The notes under the pieces are model-generated. The model was not told the DNA's origin. It saw nothing but the letters and a program-made list of their open reading frames with translations, and made no database searches. Of a DNA stretch of 46,757 nt, positions 18,868-29,191 are shown in pieces. Every line of letters begins with the position of its first letter. The first letter of the stretch is position 1. The position numbers and the translations under genes were made by a program. Origin of the DNA: a virus (taxonomy: Duplodnaviria > Heunggongvirae > Uroviricota > Caudoviricetes); the IMG/VR virus record IMGVR_UViG_2681813146_000008, positions 1 to 46,757 of that record. One strand, given 5' to 3'.

Positions 18868-19926
18868 TTACGCTCCGGTTTCGGCTGCGGCGGCGCTGAA
18901 ATCACCAATCTGGATGTTTTCCACCAGTGCGGCGCAGCGGTAGTCCTCAACCACATAGGCTTCATTAACGGATTCAAAGTTTTCAATCCGGTCACGTTTC
19001 GGGTTGTCGATAACTGAACGGCGGCGGGTGTCTTCCTGCCAGTAGATGGACAGGTTATCCAGACGGGTGATCAGCAGCGCATTCGGCGGGAAGAACGGCG
19101 CACGCACGGCCTGCAGGCCACCCATGCGTTTCTGGCTGATGATCATATCGGCAGCCAGTTTTTCACTGTTTTCCTGCTCTTTGTTGACCAGCGGGAAATA
19201 CTTGTCAGACAACAGTTCACGACCGCAAATCACCACCAGATCGTCATCGTCCTGGTAAACCACGTCGATAAGCTCATTGACGGCATCCATCACCACAGCG
19301 TCCAGGTTGGCATATTCGCCACCTTTCCCGACTTTCACCGCACCCGGAGTGGTTTCACCGCCCGTGGTGGTGCTGCCCATGACGTGATCCGGTGCATCCT
19401 CACGGATTTTCTGCAGCCAGCCTTTGTTCACATCCTGCAGCAGCGGGTTTTCACTACGGTTGGAGGTTTTCGCACGCTTCACGCCGTTAAAGCCGATCAT
19501 GATGCGGTCCAGTGCCTGACGTTTCACGATGGCGTCACGGATACGCACCTGGAAATCCTGAAACTTCGCCCACAGGTCCAGCTTCGCGTAGGTCAGCACC
19601 GTGTCAAAGTTGGTCTGCTCGCATTTGTATTCCACATCGACCATCAGCGTCGGATCGACAGGTTCACGCTCTTTCGCGGTGGTATCAGTGGTTCCGGCAA
19701 TGGTGCTGCCAACACCCAGCCCCAGCAGCTGACCGGACTGCTCAGTCACTGGCGTGACGTTAATCAGCGTCAGGAAAGCGGCGGACTGCTGGATCTGGTC
19801 TTCCAGCGTCTGCTGCACAGACGGCTCCACGGTGAACTTGCTGGACAGTTCTTCAACTGCCACACCGTTCAGACGTGCCAGTTGCTGCAGGTAAGCGTTA
19901 AAAGCAAAGCGGGTATTCTTCTTCAT
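18868..19926 (-). CDS. N: Major capsid protein N
   Basis: 352 aa, P2 gpN-like. Confidence 0.92.
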   Translation of the reverse strand: MKKNTRFAFNAYLQQLARLNGVAVEELSSKFTVEPSVQQTLEDQIQQSAAFLTLINVTPVTEQSGQLLGLGVGSTIAGTTDTTAKEREPVDPTLMVDVEYKCEQTNFDTVLTYAKLDLWAKFQDFQVRIRDAIVKRQALDRIMIGFNGVKRAKTSNRSENPLLQDVNKGWLQKIREDAPDHVMGSTTTGGETTPGAVKVGKGGEYANLDAVVMDAVNELIDVVYQDDDDLVVICGRELLSDKYFPLVNKEQENSEKLAADMIISQKRMGGLQAVRAPFFPPNALLITRLDNLSIYWQEDTRRRSVIDNPKRDRIENFESVNEAYVVEDYRCAALVENIQIGDFSAAAAETGA

Positions 19927-19941
19927 CAGGTTTGTGCTCCA

Positions 19942-20775
19942 TCAGCAATTGGTCAGAGTGTCAGCGGGGGCGTTACCGCCTGTTGCACGCTGGCGGTAGT
20001 CCTGGCGGCTGTCTTCATGACTCAGCTTATTCACCAGTTCGTTAAAGGCGGTCTGCTGTGCCTGCAGGGCAGTCTCCAGCTCAGACAGACGTTCTTCCTG
20101 CTCAGACAGGGATTTTTCGGTGCGTGCGCTCAGGTTCTGCTGCTCAGTGGCGACCAGCTCCACGGCCTTATGCACATCAGAGAACCTGGCGTCATCGGAC
20201 TGCTCTTTTTTGGTAAACAGCGCCGTGACGCGGGCAAACAGGGACGGTTTGTCGTCCTGGACTTCTTCCAGTTCGATCACCGTTTCCTCTGCGGCGGTAA
20301 AGAGATTGGCGGGATTCTGCTTGCGGTTTGCCAGCGGGTTATGGGCTGCACTGGCGCTGAATGTCAGCATTTCCGTACCCAGACTGGCAGGATCATCAGT
20401 GGCAGCCAGGCCAACCAGGTAGGCTTTGCCCGTATCAGCGAACTTCGGGCTGACTTCCATAGAGGTGAATAATTTCTGGCCTTTTTTCACCAGTTCCACC
20501 AGGGACTCCGTTGGCTCAACGTCGGCATACAGCGCCATCTTGCCTGCCAGCGGACCTTCCGTGATTTCTTCAGCAAACAGCGCCGTCACCTTGCCGTAGC
20601 GGTTAAAGGTGCTGTCCGGCAGATAAGACTTGATGTGCTCAAGGTTAATCAGCGCGGTATACACCGCCGGGTTGTAGCTGGCTGCCATCTGTTCCAGCCA
20701 TTCACGCTGGATTTCGCGTCCGTCGGTGGTGGCACCTTCCACCCCGATGCGAAAACGCTTTGCTTTCACTGTCAT
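19942..20775 (-). CDS. O: Capsid scaffolding protein O
   Basis: 277 aa, P2 gpO-like. Confidence 0.9.
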   Translation of the reverse strand: MTVKAKRFRIGVEGATTDGREIQREWLEQMAASYNPAVYTALINLEHIKSYLPDSTFNRYGKVTALFAEEITEGPLAGKMALYADVEPTESLVELVKKGQKLFTSMEVSPKFADTGKAYLVGLAATDDPASLGTEMLTFSASAAHNPLANRKQNPANLFTAAEETVIELEEVQDDKPSLFARVTALFTKKEQSDDARFSDVHKAVELVATEQQNLSARTEKSLSEQEERLSELETALQAQQTAFNELVNKLSHEDSRQDYRQRATGGNAPADTLTNC

Positions 20776-20853
20776 GAGCCGTGCTCCGTTAGAAAAAACT
20801 TACTGGAGCCTTATGGTTGCGGTGATGGGGGCAGTGAAACAATGCGCGGTATT

Positions 20854-20871
20854 TGTACCGACAGCCACACA
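20854..20871. promoter_or_regulatory. Ogr-type activator dyad in the divergent O/P late promoter region
   Basis: TGTACCGACAGCCACACA between the O start (20775) and P start (20918). Confidence 0.5.
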
Positions 20872-20917
20872 AACCGCAGGCGGGGAAAGCCTTCATTCAA
20901 GGCTGTAGGTTTGTGCC

Positions 20918-22684
20918 ATGAACACCACACTGACACCCGCAGATCTCGATCCCCGTCGGCAGGCCATGCTGCTGTACTTTCAGGGATACCGCGTAGCCCG
21001 CATTGCTGAAATGCTGGGCGAGAAAGTTGCAACCGTTCACAGCTGGAAAAAACGCGACAAGTGGGGTGACTATGGGCCGCTGGATCAGATGCAGCTCACC
21101 ACCGCCGCACGCTACTGCCAGCTCATTATGAAGGAGCACAAAGAAGGGAAAGATTTCAAAGAGATTGACCTGCTGGCGCGCCAGTCGGAGCGCCATGCGC
21201 GGATCGGCAAGTTTAACAATGGCGGCAACGAAGCCGACTTAAACCCTAACGTCGCCAACCGAAACAAAGGCCCGCGTCGTCAGCCGGAAAAGAACGTTTT
21301 CACCGATGAACAGATTGAGAAGCTGGAAGAAATCTTCCATTCCTCCATGTTCAACTATCAGCGCCACTGGTGGGAAGCCGGAAAAACCAACCGCATCCGC
21401 AACCTGCTGAAGTCACGCCAGATCGGTGCGACCTTTTACTTTGCCCGTGAAGCCCTGATTGACGCCCTGCTTACCGGACGTAACCAGATTTTCCTTTCTG
21501 CCAGTAAGGCACAGGCTCACGTCTTTAAGCAGTACATCATCGACTTCGCCAAAGAAGTGGAGGTGGAGCTGAAAGGCGATCCGATGGTGCTTCCCAACGG
21601 GGCCACACTGTATTTCCTCGGCACCAATGCCCGCACGGCCCAGAGTTACCACGGCAACCTGTATCTGGATGAATATTTCTGGATACCGAAATTCCAGGAG
21701 CTGCGCAAAGTGGCTTCCGGTATGGCTATTCACAAAAAATGGCGACAAACCTATTTTTCCACGCCATCCAGCCTGACCCACAGTGCTTATCCGTTCTGGT
21801 CCGGTGCGCTGTTCAACCGTGGGCGCAACAAGGCCGACAAGGTGGACATCGACCTGTCCCACAGCAATCTGGCCCCCGGCCTGCTGTGCGCAGACGGGCA
21901 ATACCGCCAGATAGTCACCGTGGAAGATGCGGTGCGCGGCGGCTGTAACCTGTTCGACCTTGACCAGTTGCGCATGGAGTACAGCCCGGACGAATACCAG
22001 AACCTGCTGATGTGCGAGTTTGTGGACGATCTCGCGTCCGTGTTCCCGCTCAGCGAGCTGCAGGCGTGCATGGTGGACAGTTGGGAAGTCTGGACCGACT
22101 TTCATGCACTGGCTCTGCGCCCGTTTGGCTGGCGCGAAGTGTGGATCGGTTATGACCCGGCAAAAGGTACGCAAAACGGCGACAGCGCCGGATGCGTGGT
22201 GGTGGCACCGCCAGCCGTGTCGGGTGGTAAGTTCCGCATTCTTGAGCGTCACCAGTGGCGCGGGATGGACTTCCGCGCCCAGGCTGACGCGATCAAAAAA
22301 CTGACCGAACAGTACAACGTGACCTACATCGGCATCGACTCGACCGGCGTCGGTCACGGGGTTTACGAGAACGTGAAAGCGTTTTTTCCAGCCGTCCGGG
22401 AGTTTGTCTACAACCCCAACGTTAAAAACGCCCTGGTACTCAAAGCCTACGACATTATCAGTCACCGCCGTCTGGAGTTTGACGCCGGGCATACCGACAT
22501 TGCGCAGTCCTTTATGGCAATCCGTCGTGCCACCACCGCCAGTGGCAACCGCCCGACCTATGAAGCCAGCCGCAGCGAAGAGGCCAGCCACGCCGATCTG
22601 GCCTGGGCAACAATGCACGCACTGTTTAACGAACCGCTGCAGGGCGAGTCCGCCAATACCAGCAATATTGTGGAGATTTTTTGA
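20918..22684 (+). CDS. P: Terminase ATPase (large) subunit P
   Basis: 588 aa, P2 gpP-like. Confidence 0.92.
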   Translation: MNTTLTPADLDPRRQAMLLYFQGYRVARIAEMLGEKVATVHSWKKRDKWGDYGPLDQMQLTTAARYCQLIMKEHKEGKDFKEIDLLARQSERHARIGKFNNGGNEADLNPNVANRNKGPRRQPEKNVFTDEQIEKLEEIFHSSMFNYQRHWWEAGKTNRIRNLLKSRQIGATFYFAREALIDALLTGRNQIFLSASKAQAHVFKQYIIDFAKEVEVELKGDPMVLPNGATLYFLGTNARTAQSYHGNLYLDEYFWIPKFQELRKVASGMAIHKKWRQTYFSTPSSLTHSAYPFWSGALFNRGRNKADKVDIDLSHSNLAPGLLCADGQYRQIVTVEDAVRGGCNLFDLDQLRMEYSPDEYQNLLMCEFVDDLASVFPLSELQACMVDSWEVWTDFHALALRPFGWREVWIGYDPAKGTQNGDSAGCVVVAPPAVSGGKFRILERHQWRGMDFRAQADAIKKLTEQYNVTYIGIDSTGVGHGVYENVKAFFPAVREFVYNPNVKNALVLKAYDIISHRRLEFDAGHTDIAQSFMAIRRATTASGNRPTYEASRSEEASHADLAWATMHALFNEPLQGESANTSNIVEIF

Positions 22685-23742
22685 TGGGAAAGAGTAAGAA
22701 GAACCGCGCTGCGTCGACGAACCAGATTCAGCATAAAAGCCAGACTTCAGCCGAAGCATTCAGCTTCGGTGATCCCGTTCCAGTACTTGACCGCCGCGAA
22801 CTGCTGGACTATGTGGAATGCGTACAGACAGATCGCTGGTATGAGCCGCCCGTCAGCTTTGACGGACTGGCGCGCACCTTCCGCGCCGCTGTGCATCACA
22901 GCTCCCCCATCAGTGTTAAGCGTGACATTATCAGCAGTACCTATATTCCGCATCGTCTTCTCAGTCAGCAGGCATTTACCCGTTTTGTGCAGGACTATCT
23001 GGTTTTTGGTAACGGCTACCTGGAGAAGCGCACGAACCGTTTCGGTGAAGTTATTTCGCTGGAGCCTGCACTGGCAAAATACACCCGGCGCGGGCTTGAC
23101 CTTGAAACATACTGGTTTGTGCAATACAGCCTGACGACACAGCCGTATCAGTTCACAAAAGGTAACGTCTTCCACCTGATGGAGCCGGATATCAACCAGG
23201 AGATTTATGGTCTGCCAGGTTACCTTTCTGCCATTCCATCCGCCCTGCTCAACGAGTCCGCCACGCTGTTCCGCCGGAAGTATTACATTAACGGCAGCCA
23301 TGCGGGCTTCATCATGTACATGACCGACGCCGCGCAGAACCAGGAGGATGTGAACAACCTCCGCAACGCAATGAAAAGTGCCAAAGGTCCTGGTAACTTC
23401 CGTAACCTGTTTATGTACTCGCCTAACGGCAAAAAGGACGGGCTTCAGATCATCCCGTTATCGGAGGTTGCGGCAAAGGATGAGTTTCTGAACATCAAGA
23501 ACGTGAGCCGCGATGACATGATGGCAGCGCACCGCGTACCGCCGCAGATGATGGGCATTATTCCCAACAATACCGGCGGCTTTGGTGATGTGGAAAAGGC
23601 CAGCCGCGTCTTTGTCCGCAACGAGCTGATGCCGCTGCAGAAGCGACTGCAGGAGCTTAACGACTGGCTGGGTGAAGAGGTGATCTGCTTCGAGCCTTAT
23701 TCTTTACAACTTGATGAAAGTGCTGATAGCAACAGGGGGTAA
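22681..23742 (+). CDS. Q: Portal protein Q
   Basis: 353 aa, P2 gpQ-like; ATGA overlap with P. Confidence 0.92.
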   Translation: MMGKSKKNRAASTNQIQHKSQTSAEAFSFGDPVPVLDRRELLDYVECVQTDRWYEPPVSFDGLARTFRAAVHHSSPISVKRDIISSTYIPHRLLSQQAFTRFVQDYLVFGNGYLEKRTNRFGEVISLEPALAKYTRRGLDLETYWFVQYSLTTQPYQFTKGNVFHLMEPDINQEIYGLPGYLSAIPSALLNESATLFRRKYYINGSHAGFIMYMTDAAQNQEDVNNLRNAMKSAKGPGNFRNLFMYSPNGKKDGLQIIPLSEVAAKDEFLNIKNVSRDDMMAAHRVPPQMMGIIPNNTGGFGDVEKASRVFVRNELMPLQKRLQELNDWLGEEVICFEPYSLQLDESADSNRG

Positions 23743-23745
23743 TGT

Positions 23746-24108
23746 ATGGGATGGATCGGCGTTGATCTGGATGGCACGCTGGCGGTGTACCCGCCAGAGA
23801 GCGGGGCGCTAATAGGTGATGCCATTCCCGGCATGGCGGAAAGGGTCCGCAAATGGCACAAGGATGATATTGAAGTACGAATTTTTACCGTCCGGGCTGG
23901 TTCGCGTGCCGGAGTGAAGCAAGTTAAAGCCTGGTTGAAAGCCAATGAACTGCCGGACCTGATGGTGACGAACGTTAAAGACAGCGGCATGGTGGAATTA
24001 TGGGATGACAGAGCGATACGTGTTATCCGTAATACCGGTTCAGTATGCGCCGGTTGCAACGGCACATCGCAGTTCCACCACCATTCAGGAGATTTCACCA
24101 ACTGCTGA
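23746..24108 (+). CDS. Small HAD-like hydrolase-fold protein (cargo between portal and cos)
   Basis: 120 aa starting 4 nt after the Q stop; HAD motif I IGVDLDGTLAV and a WDD motif near the C-terminus. Confidence 0.6.
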   Translation: MGWIGVDLDGTLAVYPPESGALIGDAIPGMAERVRKWHKDDIEVRIFTVRAGSRAGVKQVKAWLKANELPDLMVTNVKDSGMVELWDDRAIRVIRNTGSVCAGCNGTSQFHHHSGDFTNC

Positions 24109-24138
24109 GCCGGCAGGCATTCCGTTAACCATAACCTG

Positions 24139-24175
24139 AGCGCCTCAGCAGCATTCTGCGGGGCGCTTCTTTTTT
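24139..24175 (+). terminator. Intrinsic terminator after the P-Q-orf120 operon
   Basis: GC-rich hairpin followed by a T-rich run. Confidence 0.6.
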
Positions 24176-24262
24176 GCTGCCGCTCCCTCACCCTCACCGA
24201 TTGAAGCCGCCAGCGTGCCGGAGATTGCGCCGGATTTTCACCATTTCACCCCGTTGCGCGCG

Positions 24263-24281
24263 CTCGTATCCCCGCCACGCC
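24263..24281 (-). other. cos site of the P2-family prophage (19-nt cohesive-end sequence)
   Basis: Minus strand reads GGCGTGGCGGGGATACGAG, 14/19 identical to the P2 cohesive end GGCGAGGCGGGGAAAGCAC; lies just beyond the 3' end of Q as in P2. Confidence 0.65.
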
Positions 24282-24323
24282 TGCCCGCTTTGTGTAGCGG
24301 TTTTCATGCACCTGCATGACATA

Positions 24324-24350
24324 AGCAAAAGCCCGCCAGTTCTGGCGGGC
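24324..24350 (-). terminator. Terminator downstream of the DinI-like operon
   Basis: Hairpin gcccgcc-N6-ggcgggc followed on the minus strand by a T run. Confidence 0.5.
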
Positions 24351-24484
24351 CTCAGCAAAAACGATCCTCAAACGATCATGCGATTTCATGCGGCATAGAC
24401 ATGCACAACAGCACTAACGCCTCGCGTGGCTCGTTGTTCAACCTTGCGGACGGTAAAAACCAGTTTTATCGTCCGCAACGTTCG

Positions 24485-24718
24485 CTAATGTAACCAACTG
24501 TCGTCCTCCCAGACCTGCTGCATTATCTCCATCACCCGCTTTTTGTCTTCATCCAGTTTTAACCCGCTCAGTTCAACGCCATTGGCGCTGCCCTTGCGGA
24601 TACGAATTGCTGTTTTTGGATACAGAGGGCGCAAATTACGGTAAAGCTCGGATTCAAGGGCGTCCAGTGTAGACTGGCTAATCTTCTGCTCTTTATCGAT
24701 CATTATTTCAATGCGCAT
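24485..24718 (-). CDS. DinI-family protein (DNA-damage-inducible protein I-like)
   Basis: 77 aa, MRIE...DAL..EL...W pattern as in DinI; own AGGGA RBS; second gene of an SOS-box-controlled pair. Confidence 0.8.
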   Translation of the reverse strand: MRIEIMIDKEQKISQSTLDALESELYRNLRPLYPKTAIRIRKGSANGVELSGLKLDEDKKRVMEIMQQVWEDDSWLH

Positions 24719-24729
24719 ACAGATTCCCT

Positions 24730-24918
24730 TTAACTGGTTACGTCCATTGACCGGCAGTATTCATGGCTGCGGATTTTCGCCATCAACTCGTCGGTCAGTT
24801 CGGACACCCACTGGATAGCCAGCCGCTTTTCTTCGTCGCTGCACTCACTAGCCGCTACAAGCTTGATAAAAAAATCAATACGCTGGAGCTTTAATGACTC
24901 CAAAAGATAGTCCTGCAT
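24730..24918 (-). CDS. Small hypothetical protein, first gene of the SOS-regulated operon
   Basis: Start set at MQDYLL (AGGAGG RBS 6 nt upstream), 62 aa; the track ORF begins at an upstream TTG (24951). Confidence 0.6.
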   Translation of the reverse strand: MQDYLLESLKLQRIDFFIKLVAASECSDEEKRLAIQWVSELTDELMAKIRSHEYCRSMDVTS

Positions 24919-24966
24919 CTTCCCTCCTATCATTACACGGATACACAACAACTGTATATATACCCA

Positions 24967-24982
24967 CTGTTTATGCGTACAG
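24967..24982. promoter_or_regulatory. LexA (SOS) box CTGT-N8-ACAG
   Basis: CTGTTTATGCGTACAG, with an adjacent weaker box CTGTATATATACCCAC at 24952-24967; overlaps a candidate -10 (TATACT, 24981-24986) with a TTTACA -35 at 25002-25007 (15-nt spacer, short). Confidence 0.65.
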
Positions 24983-25077
24983 TATATGAGAGATTTAAAA
25001 ATGTAAAACTCTTTTTTGTCAGTTAATTGGATAAACTGACGCCAGTCAATAAAGCACGAATTGTTAAAGCTGCAGCA

Positions 25078-27471
25078 TCAGTACCACTGACGCCATTTGT
25101 CATCTTCCTGCAGCCTCTGGTTACGGTAAAAAATACGTAAACCGGCACCGGATGGAATGCTGCCGCCACGCAGAAGCAAATCAATCTCAGATGCACTACC
25201 TTCAAACCCTCTGGCAGTCAGTTCTGCCTCAAGCTGCAGGCGCTGCTGCTCCGAAATACTCTGTATGTATGCTTTTTTCCGCTTCGGTTTTACCAGTCTC
25301 AACCTGGCTGTCAGCTCCCGCCGTTCCTTCTGGCCCATGTTGTGGAGATATTCCTGCAGCTCCTTCTCACCCATGGTTTTAATATCAGGTAAATCACCCC
25401 CTGATTTGTTCAGATTTTCAACAGGGGGACAGTTATTGCCACGAGTCCAAGGGGCGCAAGCGCCCTGGTCGGCTGCCGCCTCCTGAACGTCAACGGCCTT
25501 ACGAACCATTTTCCACTTCACTGCATGAGTGCAGATCTTGCCCTCTGCAATGGGTGACCAGATGCCATAAATACGAATGCCGTGATCGCCATAGGCGGTC
25601 GGCTCTTCGTTGATTTCATAAGCGGTTCTGATCAGGTGATATTTGCGGGGAACCAGTACGCCGCCCTGCTTCATGATGTAGGTGGCAAAACAACCAGCAT
25701 CAGCAGCAGCCAGGATTGCATCAAGGCGCGGGTTATCCAGTACCGGCGCACCTGCTTTTTTGTCCCCCTGTTGCCTTGCCGCCTGACCAGCCAGCAATCG
25801 CAGTTCACGGTAAGCCTGACGCCCCGGAATGCCAAAGAAGCGGAATTGCTGAACACGATGCAGAGACGCCCAGGCATTAACGTATTCAGCATTATCACGC
25901 AGGGATTTCCCCGTTTCCTTGCTGATCTCGCCAGCCAGACCACGCCCGTCAATGTTCTTACTGATGTATTTCGCGATGTAGCTTGTTGGCGTACCTTTGC
26001 GCGGGTTAATCAACTCAGACTTAAAGCGCGGCCCAGTGTTATTGCCCAGCTCCTCGCGGTCTTCACGGATGGCAAACTTACGCAGTAATACAGTGATGGC
26101 GCGGCGGTCTTTTTTGCGCATAAAACACAACAGGTGCCAGTGAACTGTACCGTCATGATGCGGCTCAGCCACCCGCACGCCATACCAGCGCAATCCGGCT
26201 TTGTGCATCGCCTTACGAAATGCAGCAAACATGCCGACCAGGTAATCACTACTTTGTCTTACCGTCGCATTTGTCCAGGTTGGGTTGGGCCTGCCGTTAT
26301 TTAGCGTGGAATGGAAACGTGACGGACAGGTGATGGTGTAGAAAACGGCACAGTCACTGCGCATTTCTGCGATAAGCTCCAGACCTTTAACACAGGCCAT
26401 CATCTCATTGCGGCGATGCGCCGGGTTGCTGCTGCTGGCGTTTACCACATCTTCCATATCCAGCGTGTCACCGTCTTCGTTCACCAGTTCATGAGAACGG
26501 AAAAACTCCAGCGACTTACGGCGCTGCTCACGTTTATGCATCACGGCTTCATAGCTGACATAGGGAGATACTTTTTTGCTGACCAGACAGACAGCACGCA
26601 ACTGCTCTTCCCGCCATTCGCAACGCATCTTCCATAATTTCCTATGCCACCAGTCGGCGCACAGCATACGCGCCAGCGAACCCGGAATGAGTTCATAGGG
26701 CACGGGTTTACGGCGGTTTCTTTTCCGACGGAGTTGCTCAAACGCAGGCGGGATGACATCCAGTCGCAGGGTTTCTGCTGCCACCTTTTCCCATGTCTTG
26801 CGGATTTCTTCTGGCTTAACATCATCGGTGGCGTACAAATCACCACAAGCGGCATCAAGACACATGCTCATATGCGCAGCGACAAGAGTAGACAGGCGTT
26901 TCACCTGATCCTGACTCATTTCAGGCAGGATCAGCAGGCCGTCCAGCCCTTCATGGCTTGCCATAAAGCGAAAAGAAGTGGATAGCTGACTCTCGCGTAC
27001 ATGCTCCAGTCGTTCCAGACATGGCTTAATCGTCTCACGCAAATAGCGGGAATAAGCCTTTGGCCTGCCCAGGCTGCTGAAGTATTCAATACGTTGCATC
27101 AGCGGCTTGCTGATATGGGAAGGCTGGGCGCTGACATCTGCCAGAATGACCATGTCTGGGTTAAAACGCTGCTGCTCATGCGCCAGCTTTGCCCGACTAA
27201 TGAGCTTATCCTGCTCCATTTCGCGCTGGACAGGATCACGGGATTCATTAAAGAAATAACGCTCCCAGACCTGATCACTCAGTGCCTCACGGCGCAGCAG
27301 TTCCTGCTCGTTATCGGCAGCGTACAGAGTGATCAGGTTTGAGAGCGCAGAAACCGGCGCAACTTCCGCCGGGTCCAGATAAGGGTTAATGGCCTTTTTC
27401 GGGCTGTTCCATGAGAACGATGCGGCAGCCTCGTTAAAGCCGCAGCAGTTGTTCATATCGGCATGGTTCAT
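25078..27471 (-). CDS. A: Replication initiation protein A (rolling-circle nickase family)
   Basis: 797-aa ORF with P2 gpA-like motifs ([22 protein letters not shown]); the true start may be an internal Met. Confidence 0.88.
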   Translation of the reverse strand: MNHADMNNCCGFNEAAASFSWNSPKKAINPYLDPAEVAPVSALSNLITLYAADNEQELLRREALSDQVWERYFFNESRDPVQREMEQDKLISRAKLAHEQQRFNPDMVILADVSAQPSHISKPLMQRIEYFSSLGRPKAYSRYLRETIKPCLERLEHVRESQLSTSFRFMASHEGLDGLLILPEMSQDQVKRLSTLVAAHMSMCLDAACGDLYATDDVKPEEIRKTWEKVAAETLRLDVIPPAFEQLRRKRNRRKPVPYELIPGSLARMLCADWWHRKLWKMRCEWREEQLRAVCLVSKKVSPYVSYEAVMHKREQRRKSLEFFRSHELVNEDGDTLDMEDVVNASSSNPAHRRNEMMACVKGLELIAEMRSDCAVFYTITCPSRFHSTLNNGRPNPTWTNATVRQSSDYLVGMFAAFRKAMHKAGLRWYGVRVAEPHHDGTVHWHLLCFMRKKDRRAITVLLRKFAIREDREELGNNTGPRFKSELINPRKGTPTSYIAKYISKNIDGRGLAGEISKETGKSLRDNAEYVNAWASLHRVQQFRFFGIPGRQAYRELRLLAGQAARQQGDKKAGAPVLDNPRLDAILAAADAGCFATYIMKQGGVLVPRKYHLIRTAYEINEEPTAYGDHGIRIYGIWSPIAEGKICTHAVKWKMVRKAVDVQEAAADQGACAPWTRGNNCPPVENLNKSGGDLPDIKTMGEKELQEYLHNMGQKERRELTARLRLVKPKRKKAYIQSISEQQRLQLEAELTARGFEGSASEIDLLLRGGSIPSGAGLRIFYRNQRLQEDDKWRQWY

Positions 27472-28325
27472 GCACGTACTCCGTACACGGCAGAACTATC
27501 CACGCCACGCGAATAATCAAATCCCACCCAGCAGCGCGGCCCGGAAACAGCGATGATTTCTGTTGCAGATTTACTCTCACCAGCTGCTACGCCGATGCTG
27601 CGTTTTGCCTTGATGTAGTGGTGAGTAAAATTGCGATACAGCGAACGGATCAGGGATGTGTCACTGTTAGAAATAATGACCGGATGTCCTTCTGATGACC
27701 GATGTTCAAGAACGGATGCCAGGTGATACTGGTCATCTTCAGTGAAGCCGTCAGTGTGATAACCGGAAAACGTGCCGTCATACGGCGGATCGCAATACAC
27801 CACATCCCCCGCCTTCAACATCGCTAGCGTTTCATCAAAGCTGGCGCAGATAAACGTTGCCCGCTGGGCTTTTTCTGCAAATGCGCGAATTTCTTTTTCA
27901 GGAAAATACGGATTTTTATAATTACCGTAGGGAATGTTGAAATGCCCGCTCTTGTTATAGCGACATAAACCACGGTAACCGTGACGATTGAGATACAGGA
28001 AATATACCGCTTTCATGAAATCAGTAATTTCAGTTGAGTAATTAAACTCCTGCCTTATGTTGTAATAAGCCACCTCCCTGTTTGCTTCCTCAAATAAAGC
28101 TCTGGCGCGAGATATAAACGATTCACAATCAGCAGCAACCTTTTTATAGAGGTTGATTAAATCAGGATTAATATCCGCAACAAGATAGCTGGGGTACTCC
28201 GTCTCCATCATCACTGCACAGGAACCCGCGAAAGGTTCAACCAGTCGCGGGCCAGCAGGAAGGTGTTTTTTCAGTTCGGACATAATTGCGGTTTTATTTC
28301 CCGCCCATTTCAGGATGGTGCTCAT
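27468..28325 (-). CDS. dam: DNA adenine methyltransferase (Dam family)
   Basis: DPPY catalytic motif and AdoMet-binding FAGSC motif; start set at [11 protein letters not shown] (ATGA coupling with the upstream gene); the track ORF extends to 28385. Confidence 0.85.
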   Translation of the reverse strand: MSTILKWAGNKTAIMSELKKHLPAGPRLVEPFAGSCAVMMETEYPSYLVADINPDLINLYKKVAADCESFISRARALFEEANREVAYYNIRQEFNYSTEITDFMKAVYFLYLNRHGYRGLCRYNKSGHFNIPYGNYKNPYFPEKEIRAFAEKAQRATFICASFDETLAMLKAGDVVYCDPPYDGTFSGYHTDGFTEDDQYHLASVLEHRSSEGHPVIISNSDTSLIRSLYRNFTHHYIKAKRSIGVAAGESKSATEIIAVSGPRCWVGFDYSRGVDSSAVYGVRA

Positions 28326-28549
28326 ACAGCACCTCCGTTGTAATGTTTGCCTTTCAGCTCTGCGATTTCCTGACAGGTAATGCAAAGCTGCACTCCAGGA
28401 ATGGCGCGGCGGCGTGCTGGCGGAATTGGCGCTTCACATTCAATGCAAAGCACGCGGGACACGCCCGGTGTTTTGGCACGGGCAGCACGGATATGGCGCT
28501 GGCGTTCTTCTTCAACGCGCTGCTGTACGAGATCCATTGCATCAGCCAT
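28322..28549 (-). CDS. TraR/DksA-family zinc-finger protein
   Basis: 75 aa with C-x2-C...C-x2-C (CIECEAP...CITCQ). Confidence 0.75.
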   Translation of the reverse strand: MADAMDLVQQRVEEERQRHIRAARAKTPGVSRVLCIECEAPIPPARRRAIPGVQLCITCQEIAELKGKHYNGGAV

Positions 28550-28788
28550 TAGTGGATCTCCTGCGCTTCGTTCTGGATTGCTTCAGCGGTCACACGCAGC
28601 AGTTCTGCCGCTTCGACGTGGTTTAGCTGGCGGGATGTGATATGACACGCAAGACTATCAAGGCGGGCAGCCATTGCTTCAGCCCTTGCTCGGCGTTCTT
28701 CCAGACGAGCCTCTGTCAGTAAAATATTAAGCCCTGCGTCATCCGGTCCGATTTTAGTCGTGAGGGTTTCAATATTACGCATAATCAA
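28549..28788 (-). CDS. Hypothetical early-operon protein
   Basis: 79-aa ORF in the gene string between cII and A. Confidence 0.55.
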   Translation of the reverse strand: MIMRNIETLTTKIGPDDAGLNILLTEARLEERRARAEAMAARLDSLACHITSRQLNHVEAAELLRVTAEAIQNEAQEIH

Positions 28789-28849
28789 TTCTCCTGAATT
28801 TAGATAAAGGGATGCCCGGCGGGTTTACGCCATTAATTTCATTAGCTGG

Positions 28850-29191
28850 TTAATTCGGCATGGTTAGCCGTCTGGGAAATAAGCTCACCACTGCACGAAA
28901 ATGATTCATTGCTTTAATCAACTCCCGCTTTTCGTCAGTGGTCAGCTCATTAATGCTGATGCTATGACGTTCAGCTGGAATTTTTGCCATAAAGAATATG
29001 GCAGCCAGTGCCCGTTTATTTTGTTCGCTATTAATATCCCGTGGATCACGCATATCTTTAATAAACCGCTCAAGCTCTGACTCAATATTAAGACCAAAAA
29101 CTTTCGCTCTTAATTCCGCAATGTGATTAAGTCCATTCAGGCGTTCACCGGGGCTTAATGGAACAGTCGCCGCAGCGCCTTCAATAGCCAT
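28850..29191 (-). CDS. Hypothetical early-operon protein (position of 186 dhr)
   Basis: 113-aa ORF; function not assignable from sequence. Confidence 0.5.
   Translation of the reverse strand: MAIEGAAATVPLSPGERLNGLNHIAELRAKVFGLNIESELERFIKDMRDPRDINSEQNKRALAAIFFMAKIPAERHSISINELTTDEKRELIKAMNHFRAVVSLFPRRLTMPN

Noticed and set aside
19384-20472. 362-aa ORF on the + strand
   Set aside because: Lies antisense across the capsid (N) and scaffold (O) genes; composition is typical of a GC-rich antisense frame and no independent signals support it.
21413-22759. 448-aa ORF on the - strand
   Set aside because: Antisense to the terminase P gene; same reasoning as other long antisense frames in GC-rich phage genes.
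24174-24398. 74-aa ORF (TTG start) spanning the cos region
   Set aside because: Covers the cos 19-mer and a terminator hairpin; Pro/Arg/His-rich translation of GC-rich non-coding DNA.
24439-24467. Hairpin cggacggtaaaa-N5-ttttatcgtccg just downstream of the DinI-like gene
   Set aside because: No flanking T-run on the relevant strand, so not called as a terminator; function unclear.
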